In this document: piece after piece, positions 11,999-37,436 of the stretch
Layout: every line of letters starts with the position of its first letter
Numbering within the stretch: position 1 is the first letter of the stretch
DNA from: the human T2T-CHM13v2.0 reference genome, Homo sapiens
DNA length: 64,000 nt
NCBI RefSeq assembly: GCF_009914755.1
Contig: NC_060931.1
Strand: one strand, 5' to 3'
The notes under the pieces: model-generated
Database searches by the model: none
What the model was told of the DNA's origin: nothing
The model's input: only the letters and a program-made list of their open reading frames with translations
Made by a program: the position numbers and the translations under genes

Positions 11999-14900
11999 AC
12001 TGGCACATTGGATAGAGTCAAGACTCATAAATGTGCTGTATTCAGGAGACCCATCTCATGTGCAAAGACATACATAGGTTCAAAATAAAGGGATGGAGGA
12101 ATATTTACCAAGCAAATGGAAAGCAAAAAATAGCAGGGGATGCAATCCTAGTCTCTGATAAAACAGACTTTAAACCAACAACCAAAAAAGACAAAGAAGA
12201 GCATTACATAATGGTAAAGGGATCAATGCAACAAGAAGAGCTAACTATCCTAAATATATATGCGCTCAATACAGGAGCACCCAGATTCATAAAGCAAGTT
12301 CTTAGAGACGTACAAAGAAACTTAAACTCCCACACAACTATGCTGGGAGAACTTAACACCCCACTGTCAATATTAGACAGATCAATGAGACAAAAAATTA
12401 ACAAGGATATTTAGGACTTGAACTCAGCTCTGGACAAAATGGACATCTACAGAACTCTCCACCCCAAATCAACAGAATATGCATTCCTCTCATCACCAGA
12501 TCACACTTATTCTAAAATTGACCACGTAATTGGAAGTAAAACACTCCTCAGCAAAATGCAAAAGAATGGAAATCATAACAAACAGTCTCTGAGACCACAG
12601 TGCAATCAAATTAGAACTTTGGATTAAGAAACTCATTCAAAACTGCACAACTATTTGGAAGCTGAACAACCTGCACCTGAATGACTACTGGGTAAATAAC
12701 GAAATTAAGACAGAAATAAGTAAGTTCTTTGAAACCAATGAGAACGAAGACACAACATACCAGAATCTCTGGGAAACAACTAAAGCAATGTTTACAGGGA
12801 AATTTATAGCACTAAATGCCCACATCAGAAAGTGAGAAAGATCAAAAGTCGACACCCTAAATCACAATTAAAAGAACTAGAAAAGCAAGAGCAAACAAAT
12901 TCAAAAACTAGCAGAAGACAAGAAATAACAAAGATCAGAGCAGAACTGAAGGAGACAGAGACAGGAAAAAACCACCCAAAAAAAAAAAATCAATGAATAC
13001 AGGAGTTGGTTTTTTGAAAAGATTAACAAAATACATAGACTGCTAGCCAGACTAATAAAGAAGAGAGAAGAATCAAATAGACACAATAAAAAATGATAAA
13101 GAAATCACCACTGATCCCACAAAAATACAAAGTACCATCAAAGAATACTATAAATACCTCTATGCAAATAAACTAGAAAATCTAGAAGAAATGGATAAAT
13201 TCCTGGACACATACACCCTCCCAAGAATAAACCAGGAAGAAGTCGAATCCCTCAATGGGCCAATAACAAGTTCTGAAATTGGGGCAGTGATTAACAGCCT
13301 ACTGACCAAAAAAAGTCCAGGACCAGACAGATTCACAGATGAATTCTACCAGAGGTACAAAGAAAAGCTGGTACCATTCCTTCTGAAAGTATTCCAAACA
13401 ATAGAAAAAGAGGGAATCCTCCCTAACTCATTTTATGCAGCAAGCATCATCCTGATACCAAAACCTGGCAGAGATACAACAAAAAAAGAAAATTTCAGGC
13501 CAGTATCCCTGATGAACAGTGATGCCAAAATCCACAATAAAATATCGGCAAACTGAATCCAGCAGCACAGCTTATACACCATGATCAAGTTGGCTTCATT
13601 CCTGGGATGCAAGGCTGGTTCAACATACACAAATCAATAAACGTAATCCACCACATAAACAGAACCAATGACACAAACCACATGATTATCTCAATAGATG
13701 CAGAAAAGGCCTTTGATAAAAATTCAACACCCCTTCATGCTAAAAACTCTCAATAAACTACATACCGATGGAATGTATCTCAAAATAAGGATATTTATTT
13801 ATCACAAACCCACAGCCAATATCATACTGAATGGGCAAAAACTGGAAGCGTTCCCTTTGAAAACTGACACAAGACAAGGATGCCCTCTCTCACCATTCCT
13901 ATTCAACATAGTATTGGAAGTTCTGGTCAGGGCAATCAGGCAAAAGAAGAAATAAAGCATATTCAAATAGGAAGAGAGGGAGTCAAATTGTCTCTGTTTG
14001 CAGATGACATGATTCTATATCTAGAAAACCCCATCATCTCAGCCCAAAATCTCCCTAACCTGATAAACAACTTCAGCAAAATCTCAGGATACAAAATCAA
14101 TGTGCAAAACTTACAAGCATTCCTATACACCAATAACAGATAAACAGAGAGCCAAATCATAAGTGAACTCCCATTCACAATTGCTAGAAACAGAATAAAA
14201 TACCTAGGAATACAACTTACAAGAGATGTGAAGGACTTCTTCAAAGAGAACTACAAACCACTGCTCAAGGAAATAAGAGAGGACACAAACAAATGGAAAA
14301 ACATTCCATGCTCAAGGATAGGAAAAATCAATATCACGAAAATGGCCATACTGCCCAAAGTAATTTATAGATTCAATGATTCAATGCTATCCCCATCAAG
14401 CTACCATTGAATATCTTCACAGAATTAGCAAAAAATATTTTAAATTTCATATGGAGCCACAAAAGAGCTCATAGAGCCAAGACAATCCTAAGCAAAAACA
14501 GCAGAGCTGGAGGCATCATGCTACCTGACTTCAAACTAAACTACAATGCTACAGTAACCAAAACAGCATGGTACTGGTACCAAAACAGAGACATAGACCA
14601 ATGGAACAGAACAGAGGCCTCAGAAATAACACTACACATCTACAACCATCTGATCTTTGACAAACCTGACAAAAACAAGCAATGGGGAAAGGATTCCCTA
14701 CTCAGTAAATGGAGTTGAAAAAGCCGGCTAACCATATTCAGAAAACTGAAACTGGACACCTTCTTTACACCTTATAAAAAAATTAACTCAAGATGGATTA
14801 AAGACTTAAACATAAGACCTAAAACCTTAAAAACCCTAGAGGAAAACCTAGACAATACCATTCAGGACATAGGCATGGGCAAGTACTTCATGACCAAAAC

Positions 14901-15941
14901 AATAAAAGCAATGGCAACAAAAGCCAAAATTGTAAATTGGGATCTAATTAAACCAAGAGCTTCTGCACAGCAAAAGAAACTATCATCAGAAAGGACAGGC
15001 AACTGACAGAATGGGAGAAAATTTTTGCAATCTATCCATCTGACAAAAGGCTAATATCCAGAATCTACAAAGAACTTAAACAAATTTACAAGAAAAAAAC
15101 AAACAACCACATCAAAAAGTGGGTGAAGGATATGAGCAGACACTTCCCAACAGAAGAGATTTATGCAGCCCACAAACATATGAAAAAGAGCTCATCATCA
15201 CTGGTCATTAGAGAAAGGCAAATCAAAACCACAATGAGATACCATCTCATGCCAGTTAGAATGGTGATCATTAAAAAGTCAGGAAACAACAGATGCTGGA
15301 GAGGTGGTGGAGAAATAGGAATGCTTTTACATTGTTGGTGGGAGTGTTAATTAGTTCAATCATTGTGGAAGACAGTGTGGTGATTCCTCAATGATCTAGA
15401 ACAAGAAATACCATTTGACCCAGCCATCCCATTACTGGGTATATACCCAAAGGGTTATAAATCATTCTACTATAAAGACACATGCACACGAATATTTATT
15501 TCAGCACTATTCACAATAGCAAAGACTTGGAACCAACCCAAATGCCCATCAATGATAGACCGGATAAAGAAAATTGGCACATATACACCATGGACTACTA
15601 CGCAGCCATATAAAAGGATGAGTTCATGTCCTTTGCAGGGATATGGATCAAGCTAGAAACCATCATTCTCAGCAAACTAACACAAGAACAGAAAACCAAA
15701 CACTGCATGTTATCATTCATAAGTGGCAGTTGAATAATGAGAACACATGGACACACAGAGGGAAACATCACACACTGGGGGCTGCTCGGGGTGGGGGGCT
15801 GGGGTAGGGATAGCATTAGGAGAAACACCTAATGTAGATGATGGGTTGGTGGGTGCAGCAAACCACCATGACACATGTATACCTATGTAACAAACCTGCA
15901 CGTTCTGCACATGTATCCCAGAACCTAAAGTATAATTTTAA
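11999..15941 (+). mobile_element. 5'-truncated L1PA (PA7/8-like), disrupted ORF2 plus 3'UTR
   Basis: ORF2 endonuclease and RT fragments ([18 protein letters not shown]). 15-bp TSD AAAATTACTGTTGAA at 11984-11998 and 15942-15956. Confidence 0.95.
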
Positions 15942-16535
15942 AAAATTACTGTTGAATACTAGTATATGAAACAGAAGGGCTCACAGACCAAATTAAAGTA
16001 CTCTAGTCCCACAGAGTATTAAATCAGTTTAGGAAACAATGGTGAAGCTAAGGAAGGTTAGCACACTTAAGATAAAAGTGATGGAAAGATCATACTATCT
16101 GAATCTTTAGTACAATGTTCATTTGTATGTCCTATCTCTGAGCAGCATCATATTAATGTGGTTACAAGATCTAGACTGTGACTGAGCAAAAGAGCTCACA
16201 GACAGAAGGTTGCCTGAGTCAAGGACATACACTTGCTCTATCAGAGTGACACAGAACAAGAATGTCTGACCAATGGCTCTAGCTTGCTGAAGAGCTGTGG
16301 GTTTTATTTTCACTTTGAGGTAGAGGATATATGAAGTTACACTTGGTAGCCACAGTAAGTGGTCAAATTAAGGCCTTGTGAATATTGAATGTCTCTAATG
16401 TCTCATATATATCCCTCATATATAATGTCTCATAAATATGTTATACTATATATATATATTTATTTATTTATTTAGTCATGAATATTAAATGTATTTTCTT
16501 CCATCTCTTTCTCCAGTGTTTAACATGCCCAAACT

Positions 16536-19068
<2,533 letters not shown>

Positions 19069-19149
19069 GTACTCTACACCTAACAGCGTATTTATACTTA
19101 GCACATCTTATGAGTTTCAACCATGTCATTTTTTTCTTTTTTTCTGAAG

Positions 19150-19679
19150 AGTTGAATATTCTAAAACAAGTTTTAAAAATGTACATTGTGGTAGTCCCTG
19201 ATATATCACCTTCTATACATCCAGAAATACAGTTTGTACACATGCAGCCATTCTCCATTATCAATTTCCAAGGGTGCTTATCACAATAGCAATAAATTAA
19301 TCTCATTCAATAAAAGAAGGACTTTCTTCTATAACCTATGTAGCTATTGTTGTATCATTTGGAGGATATATATGATAAAATATGAATAGAATGTGAACAA
19401 TAACAACTCACATGAGAACATAAATCATAAAACTAGTTCTCAAGGAGTAGATATTTTAATATAACAACAGCAAATGTTTTCTTTTGTTACCTTATTTTAA
19501 TCTGTTAAACTAAAAAATACAATAAATTGTGAATAGCACAGTAACTTTGTACAAATTTTTACAGTTTAACTATTACTTTGCCTTCTATGACAGCCTTACA
19601 TTTAATATTGGTACCCAAGGACATGCACATCAGAGATACTATACTTTATGTGGCTGAGTTTTTCATTACTCTTCTTAAG
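19150..19679 (+). pseudogene. Degraded RGS-like exon(s)
   Basis: Long T tract + gaag|19150 gives (E)LNILKQVLKMYIVVVPDISPSIHPEIQ. In the same frame, 19594-19679 (own acceptor atgacag|, donor aag|gtatga) is fully open: LHLILVPKDMHIRDTILYVAEFFITLLK. The middle is stop-rich, so this may be one exon or two. Confidence 0.55.
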
Positions 19680-20104
19680 GTATGAGGTAACAAGGAATCC
19701 TTAGTGTAATTTTTTAATATTTCTCCAAATTTGAGAAAATTTATACAAGTAATAGTAAAAAAAAAAGTATGTTTAAAGGGAGATAAAAACTGATCACAGT
19801 AATATGCAATTTTTTTAGAAGACTATAAGCATTCTACATATTCTTAGGCTATCAGAAAAAACCAAGAGTTATATTAGTCATGATTTTTTTTAAATGAATG
19901 TAAATTTCACTGATAAGCAGTTACTCTTTGGAGGCTAAATGATGTTAGGCATATTAACTCTTTAGACTGGTTAGAATATATTAGCATTGTGCTAATCTGT
20001 AAATCGTTAGATAATAGGAAAAATTTGCACCAGCATATATTAATGTGTTTGTAACACTGGATAGTATAAATTTGTGCTTATATTCAGTAAAGAGCACTCA
20101 TGCA

Positions 20105-20227
20105 TGTGATATATATTTTTATATATATTTATATCTATTCATTTATATTATTTGTATGTATATATTATATATTTATATATATATAATGTATGTGTGGGTG
20201 TGTGTGTGTGTGCATGTGTGTGTATGT
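20105..20227. repeat. (TA)n/(TG)n microsatellite region
   Basis: Visible directly in the sequence. Confidence 0.85.
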
Positions 20228-20315
20228 AAGGAGCACCTGTTTTTAGTGTTTTGTATATAGAGTTTTCCCTATGTATGTAACACAAATCTTTCTTTTTCTT
20301 GTTCACTCTTACTAG

Positions 20316-20602
20316 CAATCCAAATATTTTTTAAATCAAACCATGAGCATCATCAGCTACATCATCTCGTCTGCATTAGTAATTCTTTAACTCTAAAAAT
20401 ACACACTGCCAGGGCACTCATTTAAAACTTTATTTGAAATACGCAGAATTAATTTGGAGAAAAGAGAAGACATGTTATTTATTTCATTTAAGCTAGATAC
20501 ACATATATTATTTGTGGCTCAATTTTTGTTTGGGAATTTAACATATGTGTGTACCTGTGTATGTCTCTCAAGAGGACCATATACCAATTTATTTTCATTT
20601 CT
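20316..20602 (+). pseudogene. Degraded RGS-like exon (phase 0-2)
   Basis: Strong acceptor ctttctttttcttgttcactcttactag|, donor ct|gtaagg. 95 codons with 2 stops: ...KYTLPGHSFKTLFEIRRINLEKREDMLFISFKLDTHILFVAQFLFGNL... (RGS 'EINID..TRE...FD.AQ'). Phase matches the preceding exon. Confidence 0.65.
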
Positions 20603-20940
20603 GTAAGGTTTTTTTTTACAAGACACATATAAAATGGGATTTCCCCTGTGTATACTCCCAGGATTACCACAACAGAGAGCACTCATCACATCTAATTTTC
20701 ATAATTTAATTCTCTCAGTTTCAAATGGAATTTTTTGTTCTTTTTGGATTTTTATGATCAAAAAATCACTGCAGACAGAGCTATGCTTAAGTATCTACTG
20801 ATACATAATCTGCCCTCTTAGAAATCATGACCTTATAACTAAATTCCACTCTCTAATCTCAGTAGTACTCAGCATTATTTTATGGCTGTTTTTCTCACTC
20901 CTCCAGCCCAAGTGCTCCATATCCCTTTCTCTAAACACAG

Positions 20941-21249
20941 AGGGCAGATTCGGCTTAACAGGCTTTCAACCATAAACTTTAATAGCACTTTAAACAGCCT
21001 CAAAATGGAATTTCTTCTTTAACTAAGAAGATGTTACTTTGTACATCATAATTGAAATACATCAAAAAGTTCCTTGTTAAAGCTCAAGATATATTACAAA
21101 GCCATTCTATAGCACGGCTGCAGGGCTTTGCTAATTAGAAGGATGACAGATCAAATTCCAGAGAAAGTTATGTCAGTTGAAATGCTGGAGATAGAGTAGC
21201 TTATTTAAATTGTGTACCCAAAACAATCAAGGAAACATATCAAACCATG
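20941..21249 (+). pseudogene. Degraded RGS-like exon (phase 2-2)
   Basis: Acceptor ccctttctctaaacacag|, donor atg|gtattt, 309 nt. ...NFNSTLNSLKMEFLL*LRRCY...SSLLKLKIYYKAIL*, 5 stops. Confidence 0.45.
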
Positions 21250-22303
21250 GTATTTTGTTTTATTTTGTTTATGCACATTACACACTGCCAAAAAAATATT
21301 TTATTTCTCTGTTCAACTCTGTGACATTTTGAAACTTCTATTTTAAGTATTCTTTCCAAATATTCCACCTTGAACATGCCTAATGCCAGACAGTCTTCGT
21401 TTACTACCTCACAAGGAAATCACTAACTTCTACTACCGAAAATATCAACTTGTCTTCCAAGCCCTTTAACAACTTGTCTGCACCTCTCCCTCCACAATAG
21501 AAGGAACAGAAGCACCCTCCACCTTGGAAGACTACTCCCTCCCTGGGAGTCTTCAGATCTCATCAACCTTCTCCAAAATCTGAATCTATTAATGACCCCT
21601 TCTCATTGGTCTTCAGCTGTATTTTCTGTGTACAACTGCCTACCTTGGATTCAACTGCTCCCTCTCAACCATGTCTGCCCAGTGGCATTTTAAACACGTT
21701 CTACACTTTGTCCATTTTCAAAAATACTTTAAAAGAATAAAAAGTTCTCCCTCTATCCAATGTTCCCATCTTATCCAGTTACTGCCATATTTATTTTTCT
21801 TCTTCTCTATTGAAATACTTGTAAAAACAGTTGTGTGTATTCACGATTTTTCCTTCTTGCCTATCACTCATTCTCCAACCCACTCCTGCCTGGCCACTGC
21901 TGCTACCACCCTGAGTTCAGTTAACACCTGTCAGTCCTTGCATTATATGCTTGCCCTCTCAGTGGTGTTTGTTACTGTCCATACATTCATTCATTTACTC
22001 ATCATTATTTATTGATTCCTGGAGGGTATACTATGTGCCATGCCTTAAACTAGATGTAGGGGCTACTGCAGTGAACACCATAACTTAAGGATGAAAGGAG
22101 ACAGATAACAGAAACTAAGTAGCATTTTAGATTTTTTTAAAAAAAAAGCAAAGCAGAGAAATAAAGAGTTGCCTGTGGTGAGTTTGAAACGTGAAATCCA
22201 TATTTAAAGAGAATGTTAAGAAAAGGTTTCACTGCCACAATTTTAATGCTCAAAATCAGAGATTGCTGAACATTCTCTCTGGTATCACCACACATTCTTG
22301 TTC

Positions 22304-22310
<7 letters not shown>

Positions 22311-22334
<24 letters not shown>

Positions 22335-22614
22335 GAGACGGAGTCTCGCTGTCGCCCACGCTGGAGTGCAGTGGCGCAATCTCGGCTCACTGCAGCCTCC
22401 GCCCCCTGGGGTTCACGCCATTCTCCTGCCTCAGCCTCCCGAGTAGCTGGGACTACAGGCGCCCGCCACCTCGCCCGGCTAATTTTTTGTATTTTTAGTA
22501 GAGACGGGGTTTCACCGTGTTAGCCAGGATGGTCTCGATCTCCTGACCTCGTGATCCGCCCGCCTCGGCCTCCCAAAGTGCTGGGATTACAGGCGTGAGC
22601 CACCGCGCCCGGCC
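22311..22614 (-). mobile_element. Young AluY (AluYe5-like)
   Basis: Nearly all CpGs intact, long pure poly-T, TSD GTTCTTCTCTT. Diagnostic-like ccacctcgcccggc, cccctggggttcacgcc and a 2-nt deletion in ctcgctgtcgccc. Confidence 0.9.
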
Positions 22615-23224
22615 GTTCTTCTCTTAACTCTGTCATATGTTTTGTCCTTTCTTGCAGGTTTCTTCTTTTTCCCATATATAAATGTTGGAATGCTTTTAAA
22701 AATGGTGCTTTGCTTTTTTTTCTTCTCTTTGTAAAATTCCCCTCTTGATACTTTATCTACAAATATGGTGTCAACGGTCATCAATATAGGTATCTCTTGT
22801 TAAAACCTATTCTTTGCGTTAATGACTTACATATCAAACAGCCAACTTGAGTCACGTTTTGGATATCTCAAAGATACCTTATACTCATTATGTCCAAAAT
22901 CTACTCTTGATTTTCTACAAGAAAAATGGTCTTCCTTTTAGTGTTCTCTAGCTTACTGAATGACACTAACTTTCTTTAGATTTTCCCAGCCAAAAAATTT
23001 GATAGTTATCATCAATAACTCGTTCTTTTATCATACTATATAGCCCATCAATCATCAGGTTTTTTTAAGTTAACATCTTAACAATGTCTCCAGTTTTCTC
23101 TTTTCTAAGCCAAGAAACTATAATCTCTCAATGGAATAATGAAACATTGTTCAAACACTTCCTTTCTTTAAAAAGTTATTTACATTGTAATCAGGTTAAT
23201 TGTAGATTTCATCCTATGTTTTAA

Positions 23225-23596
<372 letters not shown>

Positions 23597-26239
23597 CTAA
23601 ATATTTTAAAATTTAAAAAATGTAAAAATTAATAGCCTCCATGCTCTTCTGACAAAATTCTAAATGCTTAATATGGAACACAAAACACTACTATCTGATT
23701 ACTACAGCCTCTCTGGCCACACCAGCCACAATTGCCTTTTCCTTGTCCTGTGTTCTAGACAAGCTAACTTTTAGTTCCTCAGATGACGTGCTCCTACAAT
23801 AGGGCTTTTGCACATGCTCTCCTGCTCCTCATACTGGAATTTTATCTTCAACTTCTTTACTTACCTAATCCATATTTACCCTCCACATTTCATTCCAAAG
23901 GAGAATTATTCACATTAGCCACAACCTACCAGAATGCACTGGATTCTGTTATATGCTTCAGCAGACCATATACTTTTCTTTTACAAATGTCATTACAGTT
24001 GTTACTTTTCATGTATAAGAGCTATTGTTTAACCAATGTTTATTTTCTCAACTCAACTATAAATTCATTAAGGACTGAAACTGTTTTGATTTTGTTTTAC
24101 TGCTGTGCCATTATATATTTGTTGGATATATAAATGGGTGAAAGAGTAAATTAACACATTTATATTTTTGTTTTTGTCTTTGTTACAATACAGTTTTTAG
24201 CAATATTTGACTGTAACTTTTGTTTTTCCACTTTTAAACATATTCCTTTTGACAAGTTACACAACCTTACTAAATATTAATTTTGTAATCAGTAATTTCA
24301 GGATAATTGTCGTTCCTACCCCATAAGTTAAGATGAATGTAAATTCACCTTTGTAAAGAACATAAAATAGGTCATTGCACATAGTAAGTGCTCAATAAAC
24401 AACTTTGTTATTTTTATCTTCTCTAAATTGCCTAAAACAATAACTTAACTCCAAATTTTCACTTGTACTATTAATTGAGTAGTTTACTCTCTATAAAAAG
24501 TATAATTCCCTAGAGATTAGAATAGTGTTTGAACTGTAGGCATTATATTGAACTGCTATTAAGTGTAAGTTTTTATTTAAGAGTTTTAATTACTTCTTAT
24601 ACATAAAGGGTTGAGAGGTTCCTACAACTTATCCTTACCCAGCAGTGTTTTCCCCTCTAGGGAAATCAATGAATTAATTAATTACTCTCCATTAATGGAA
24701 TCAGCCTTCAGCAGATCCCTGACCTGAAAAACACTCATCTGAAATAAATAAATAAGAAAGACTATGGCACCAGTAAATATCATGTTGCCACCTTCACCAA
24801 AAATTTCCTTAGGATAGCAAAGAAAATAAAACAGAAATGAGAACTCTATCCTCTAAGACACCTATAATCCCAAATAGCAATATTCAAGGAAAGGCTGCCA
24901 AATTCAATAAAAGTAATGTTGCATTTAGACAGATGTTGAGAGAGAACACTAACAGAACACTGTTTTCCAAATGTAGGTGTCATGCTCAGGGAAGGAAGCC
25001 CAACATGTTATTTTAGAATGACAGAAAAAGAGTATATGGGATATTGGTAGAATCTTTCCTGGGTCGAGCTTGTTCTAAATAATAAGCCAAGATAAAGGCA
25101 CAAGAATTAACAAGAAACTGCCTACTTTTGCACGGTTTGCAGAATGTAGTCTCTTGGTAAAGAAGTGAGGAGGACCAACATTATTCACTGTGAGTAACTT
25201 TATGGCTGTCAATCTGCTCATTGAAGGAAGTAAAGATTAGACAATACACAGAGAAAAATCTGTGTTACTAAAAACTGTATTGTAAACAAGGGAGAATTGC
25301 TGCTGCTGTGAAAATCATGTGTGTCCTCAACTTCCTAGTAATTTCTTTCAAAGGCCTTATCCAGTCTTGGGACCATAAATGCTAAGCAAACAAGAACTAG
25401 CAAGGAGTTTACATAAACGTACTGTAAGAAAAAGAAAAAGAACAGAAAGAGAAGATGAAAATAGAAAAAGAAAGTGACAGATTAAAAACCCTCACTAATT
25501 AAATTAAATTAAAAATTTGCCATCAGCCAGACAGAAATTGTAATCAAAATTATCATTAATTTAAGAAATGAAATTATCAAAATTATTAAATTATTATTCA
25601 GATATTAAATCATTAAACTATTATGCAAAATTATTATAATGAATTGTAACACTAAACTAAAATTTTTAAAAGTCTAGGATTTTTATTTCAGAGGTAAAGT
25701 TTAAAGAATATATGAGAGATTATGAAAGGAGATTACATCCAAGGTGTCTAAATTTGAGCTGGCAGGGAAAGAAGAAAAAAATAATGGGAAAATTAAAACA
25801 GAGATCGCAATTTGAACTGTACAAGGGAAAGTAATCATTGCTGAAACTATGATGGTAACATTGATAATCTGTAGGTGAATTAACTAAAGCAAAATCAAAT
25901 GGAAAATAGCATAAAATTAAAATAATATTTAGAAAGAAAATGACAGATATGAAAATCAGATAATGGAAATCAATAAAATGAGAGTGTCACTGAAGAGTAC
26001 TGAACAGAAAGAATAGGGAGATACATACATCATAAAAAGGCAGATGATAAACGTTAGATGAGTATAAAATATATTTAAGTAAACTATCTCAAGAAAATGT
26101 TTTCAGAAATATAAAACAACTTAAAACTATATGTGTACTGGATATAGTGTTGAAATTAAAATGGGAAAATGAACATCAATACCAAAATTATTCAAAATTG
26201 AAAGAAATTTTTGAGAAAGAATGTCTATTCCATTTTTCC

Positions 26240-26530
26240 CCCCTTTGAGACAGGGTCTTCCTCTGTGGCCCAGGCTGGATTGCAGTGATGTGAACACAAC
26301 TCCCTTCAGCCTTGACTTCCTGGGCTCAAGAGATCCTCCTACCTCAGTCTCCCAAGTAGCTGGGACTACAAGTGCACACCACCATGCCCAACTAATTTCT
26401 TTATTTTTTTATAGAGATGACGTCTTGCCATGTTGCCCAGGCTGGTCTTCAACTCTTGTGCTCAAGTAATCCTTCTGCCTCAGCCTCCCAAAGTGCTGGA
26501 ATTACAGGCATGAGCCACCCTGCCTGACCC
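26240..26530 (-). mobile_element. AluJ
   Basis: Diverged dimer. Confidence 0.85.
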
Positions 26531-27099
26531 AAATAATTTTAAACATAGATAAATTCTCATTCTAGTAAAAAAGAAACAAACATTTTCTTAACACACTATA
26601 ATTTATAAAAGAGTTCCCAAGAACTCTTCTGGAAGAAACTTCTATAACAAAATCTTTTGGCAAGCAAGAGATAAATTAATAAATTATAGGAAAGAGACAG
26701 ATTGTAAACATTGAGTTATGATTATCACATATAATGTATTTGTTTTATACCTGAAAATGTAGAAGTAACATAACAATTAAATTTGGAAATGAATGAAAGA
26801 GAGAAACAGGGGTAACATGCATCGATCAATTTTGATATCTTAATCTTTCATAGCAAAGGTTCAAAAGATGGTATTTATACCTGATAAATTGAATAATACA
26901 GATATAACTAAGTACACAGGTACAAGTAATCATTAAGAAAAACAATGTAACCAGTTAACAGTTGGCGGCAGAGAGAAGGGAAAGGAAGTTGAAATGTACA
27001 CATTTTTATTGCCCTTACTTTGTAATTAGAGAACATAGTGGATTATTGTGTTAAAATATTGTCACAAGTGTGAAACATTGTATAAAAATACACTGCAGT

Positions 27100-35350
<8,251 letters not shown>

Positions 35351-35428
35351 ACGCAGCTGTTTGGTTTCTTTTTAAAGACAGGTAATTTAGATGACAATCA
35401 GGATTTAACTAGCTATCCTTTCTCCCAG

Positions 35429-35634
35429 AGCAAGGGATAAAACTAACAATACATATTTTTAAAATTAATACGAGCGCCTTCATTTAGATATAAACTCAGT
35501 TGCACAAATACTTAGTCTTCAAAGCTTTGCTTACAACAAATTTCAAAAAGATAGTTAATCGGTTTCTATTAGGTACCCTTTAGAAAGCTAAGAAAATTTT
35601 CTTCAACTCTTACTTTGCTAATCCTATATTTTAG
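35429..35634 (+). pseudogene. Degraded RGS-like exon (phase 1-0)
   Basis: Acceptor ctatcctttctcccag|, donor tag|gtgaaa. ...TSAFI*I*TQLHKYLVFKALLTTNFKKIVNRFLLGTL*KAKKIFFNSYF, with KAKKIF at 35584-35601 matching RGS 'KAKxIY'. Confidence 0.65.
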
Positions 35635-35699
35635 GTGAAAAATAAATGTTAAATATTATGAAATATCCTTTCAGTATCTTTTAAAATTATCAACTGCAT

Positions 35700-35994
35700 T
35701 TGTTTATTTATTTATTTATTTTTAGACAGGGAGTCTGTCACCTGGAGTGCAGTGGCGTGACCACGGCTCACTGCAACTTTGACTTCCACAGGCTCAAGCA
35801 ATCCTCTCACCTGAACCTCTCAAATAGATTGGACCACAGGTGTGCACCACTACCTCTGGCTAATTTTTCTTATTTTTTGTAGAGACAGGTTTTTGCCATT
35901 TGCCCAGGCTGGTCTTGAAATTCTGTGCTCAAGCAATCTGCCCACCAGCCTTCTGAAGTGCTGACACTACAGGTATGAGCAACCACACGTGGCC
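35700..35994 (-). mobile_element. AluJ
   Basis: Diverged dimer. Confidence 0.85.
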
Positions 35995-36079
35995 ATTAAC
36001 TGCGTTTATTTAGTAAATCACATTAATAATTTCCAAATGTTAACAAGGTAAGATTTTGTTTTTTGCTTGTTTATATAAG

Positions 36080-36296
36080 GAGAGTCAAGAAAGAGAAGAA
36101 TAAATTGATAAGGAGGAACACTACAGAGGAACAAAATTACACCATCTCAACAAGATTCTTCCCCCGTATTCTTCTCTGAATCTCCTGAACGTGCATGAAA
36201 CATCAATACAAACCAAATACTTGATGACCACATTGACATATAAAGACTAAATCTAAATCTGATGCCCAGAATATCCTAAGTATTCTAATAGACTAA
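36080..36296 (+). pseudogene. Probable degraded exon (phase 0-1, linker-like)
   Basis: Acceptor ttttgttttttgcttgtttatataag|. ESQEREE*IDKEEHYRGTKLHHLNKILPPYSSLNLL... with a 48-codon open stretch. Donor is weak (taa|gtaaaa). Confidence 0.4.
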
Positions 36297-36514
36297 GTAA
36301 AATTTATTTAACTATTCTATACTGCATTCCCCTTATCAGTAAAATAAAGACAATTGTATGTGTTTCACAGGTGATTTTAGCATGTAATTAATACATGTAA
36401 AATACTTAAAATGGCACATAATATGTAGTTAATCCTCACCAGTTTCAGATAGTTGGCACCTATGGAGTATATCCAGTTCTCAGGTTTTAAGAACAAGGTA
36501 TTTTTGATATAGCT

Positions 36515-36625
36515 TTTCTCTCTGCTTCTGTGTCTGTCTCTTCCTCTTTCTCTCTCTTGCTCTCTCTCTCCATTTTCTCTCTCTCCATCTCTCTCTTTTC
36601 CTCTTTCTAACACACACACCACATA
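36515..36625. repeat. (CT)n-rich microsatellite with (CA)n end
   Basis: Visible directly in the sequence. Confidence 0.8.
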
Positions 36626-36829
36626 CAGCAATGATAGAGATTTATCATTTTACACTGAAAAAAAGTGGACTATCAGAAATAAAATTTTTCCAACACAGAA
36701 CTGAGCCAGGAATATAGTTAAACCTGCAGACTCCAAGTCTTTTACTTTTTGACTACAGTTTTGAAAAACAAATATTTTATTATATTTTTATAGAAAAAGA
36801 AAGGATGAACTCGGAAACCCCAACAGTCT

Positions 36830-37360
36830 CACTGCTTATTTGCCATTTGTATATTGTCTTTGGTAAAGCGTCTGCTCAAATTTTTCACAATTTTTCGTGG
36901 GTTTATTTTCTTGCTGTGGAGTTTTCAGGGTTCTTATGTTCTATATACAAGTCCTTGTGAGATATGAGATTTTTCACATGGTTTCTTCTGTTTTGTAACT
37001 TGTTTTTTCATTTTCTTAACAGTGTTTTTCACAGAGCAAAAGCCATTTTTTTTTTTTTTTTTTTTTTTCGGCGATGGAGTCTTTCTCTGTCTCCCAGGCT
37101 GCAGCTGCAGTGCAGTGGAGCTATCTTGGCTCACGGCAACCTCCCCCTCCCGAGTTCATGTGATTCTCCTGCCTCAGCCTCCTCAGTAGCTAGGCTTACA
37201 GGTGTGTGCCACCACAGCCGGCTAATTTTTTGTATTTTTAGTAGAGACAGGGTTTCACCATGTTGGCCAGGCTGGTCTTAAACTCCTGACCTCAAGCAAT
37301 CCACCTCCCTCAGCCTCCCAAAGTGCTGGAATTACAGGCATGAGCCACCGCACTCAACCA
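36830..37360 (-). mobile_element. L1 fragment plus AluS (37047-37360)
   Basis: Antisense L1 (tgcttatttgccatttgtatattgtctttggt) followed by an Alu with poly-T. Confidence 0.8.
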
Positions 37361-37436
37361 AGACTTTCTGTCTATATACGTGTGCTCCTCAAAATTGAAA
37401 AAAAAAATGAACTAAATAACAAGAGGAATTTATAAT

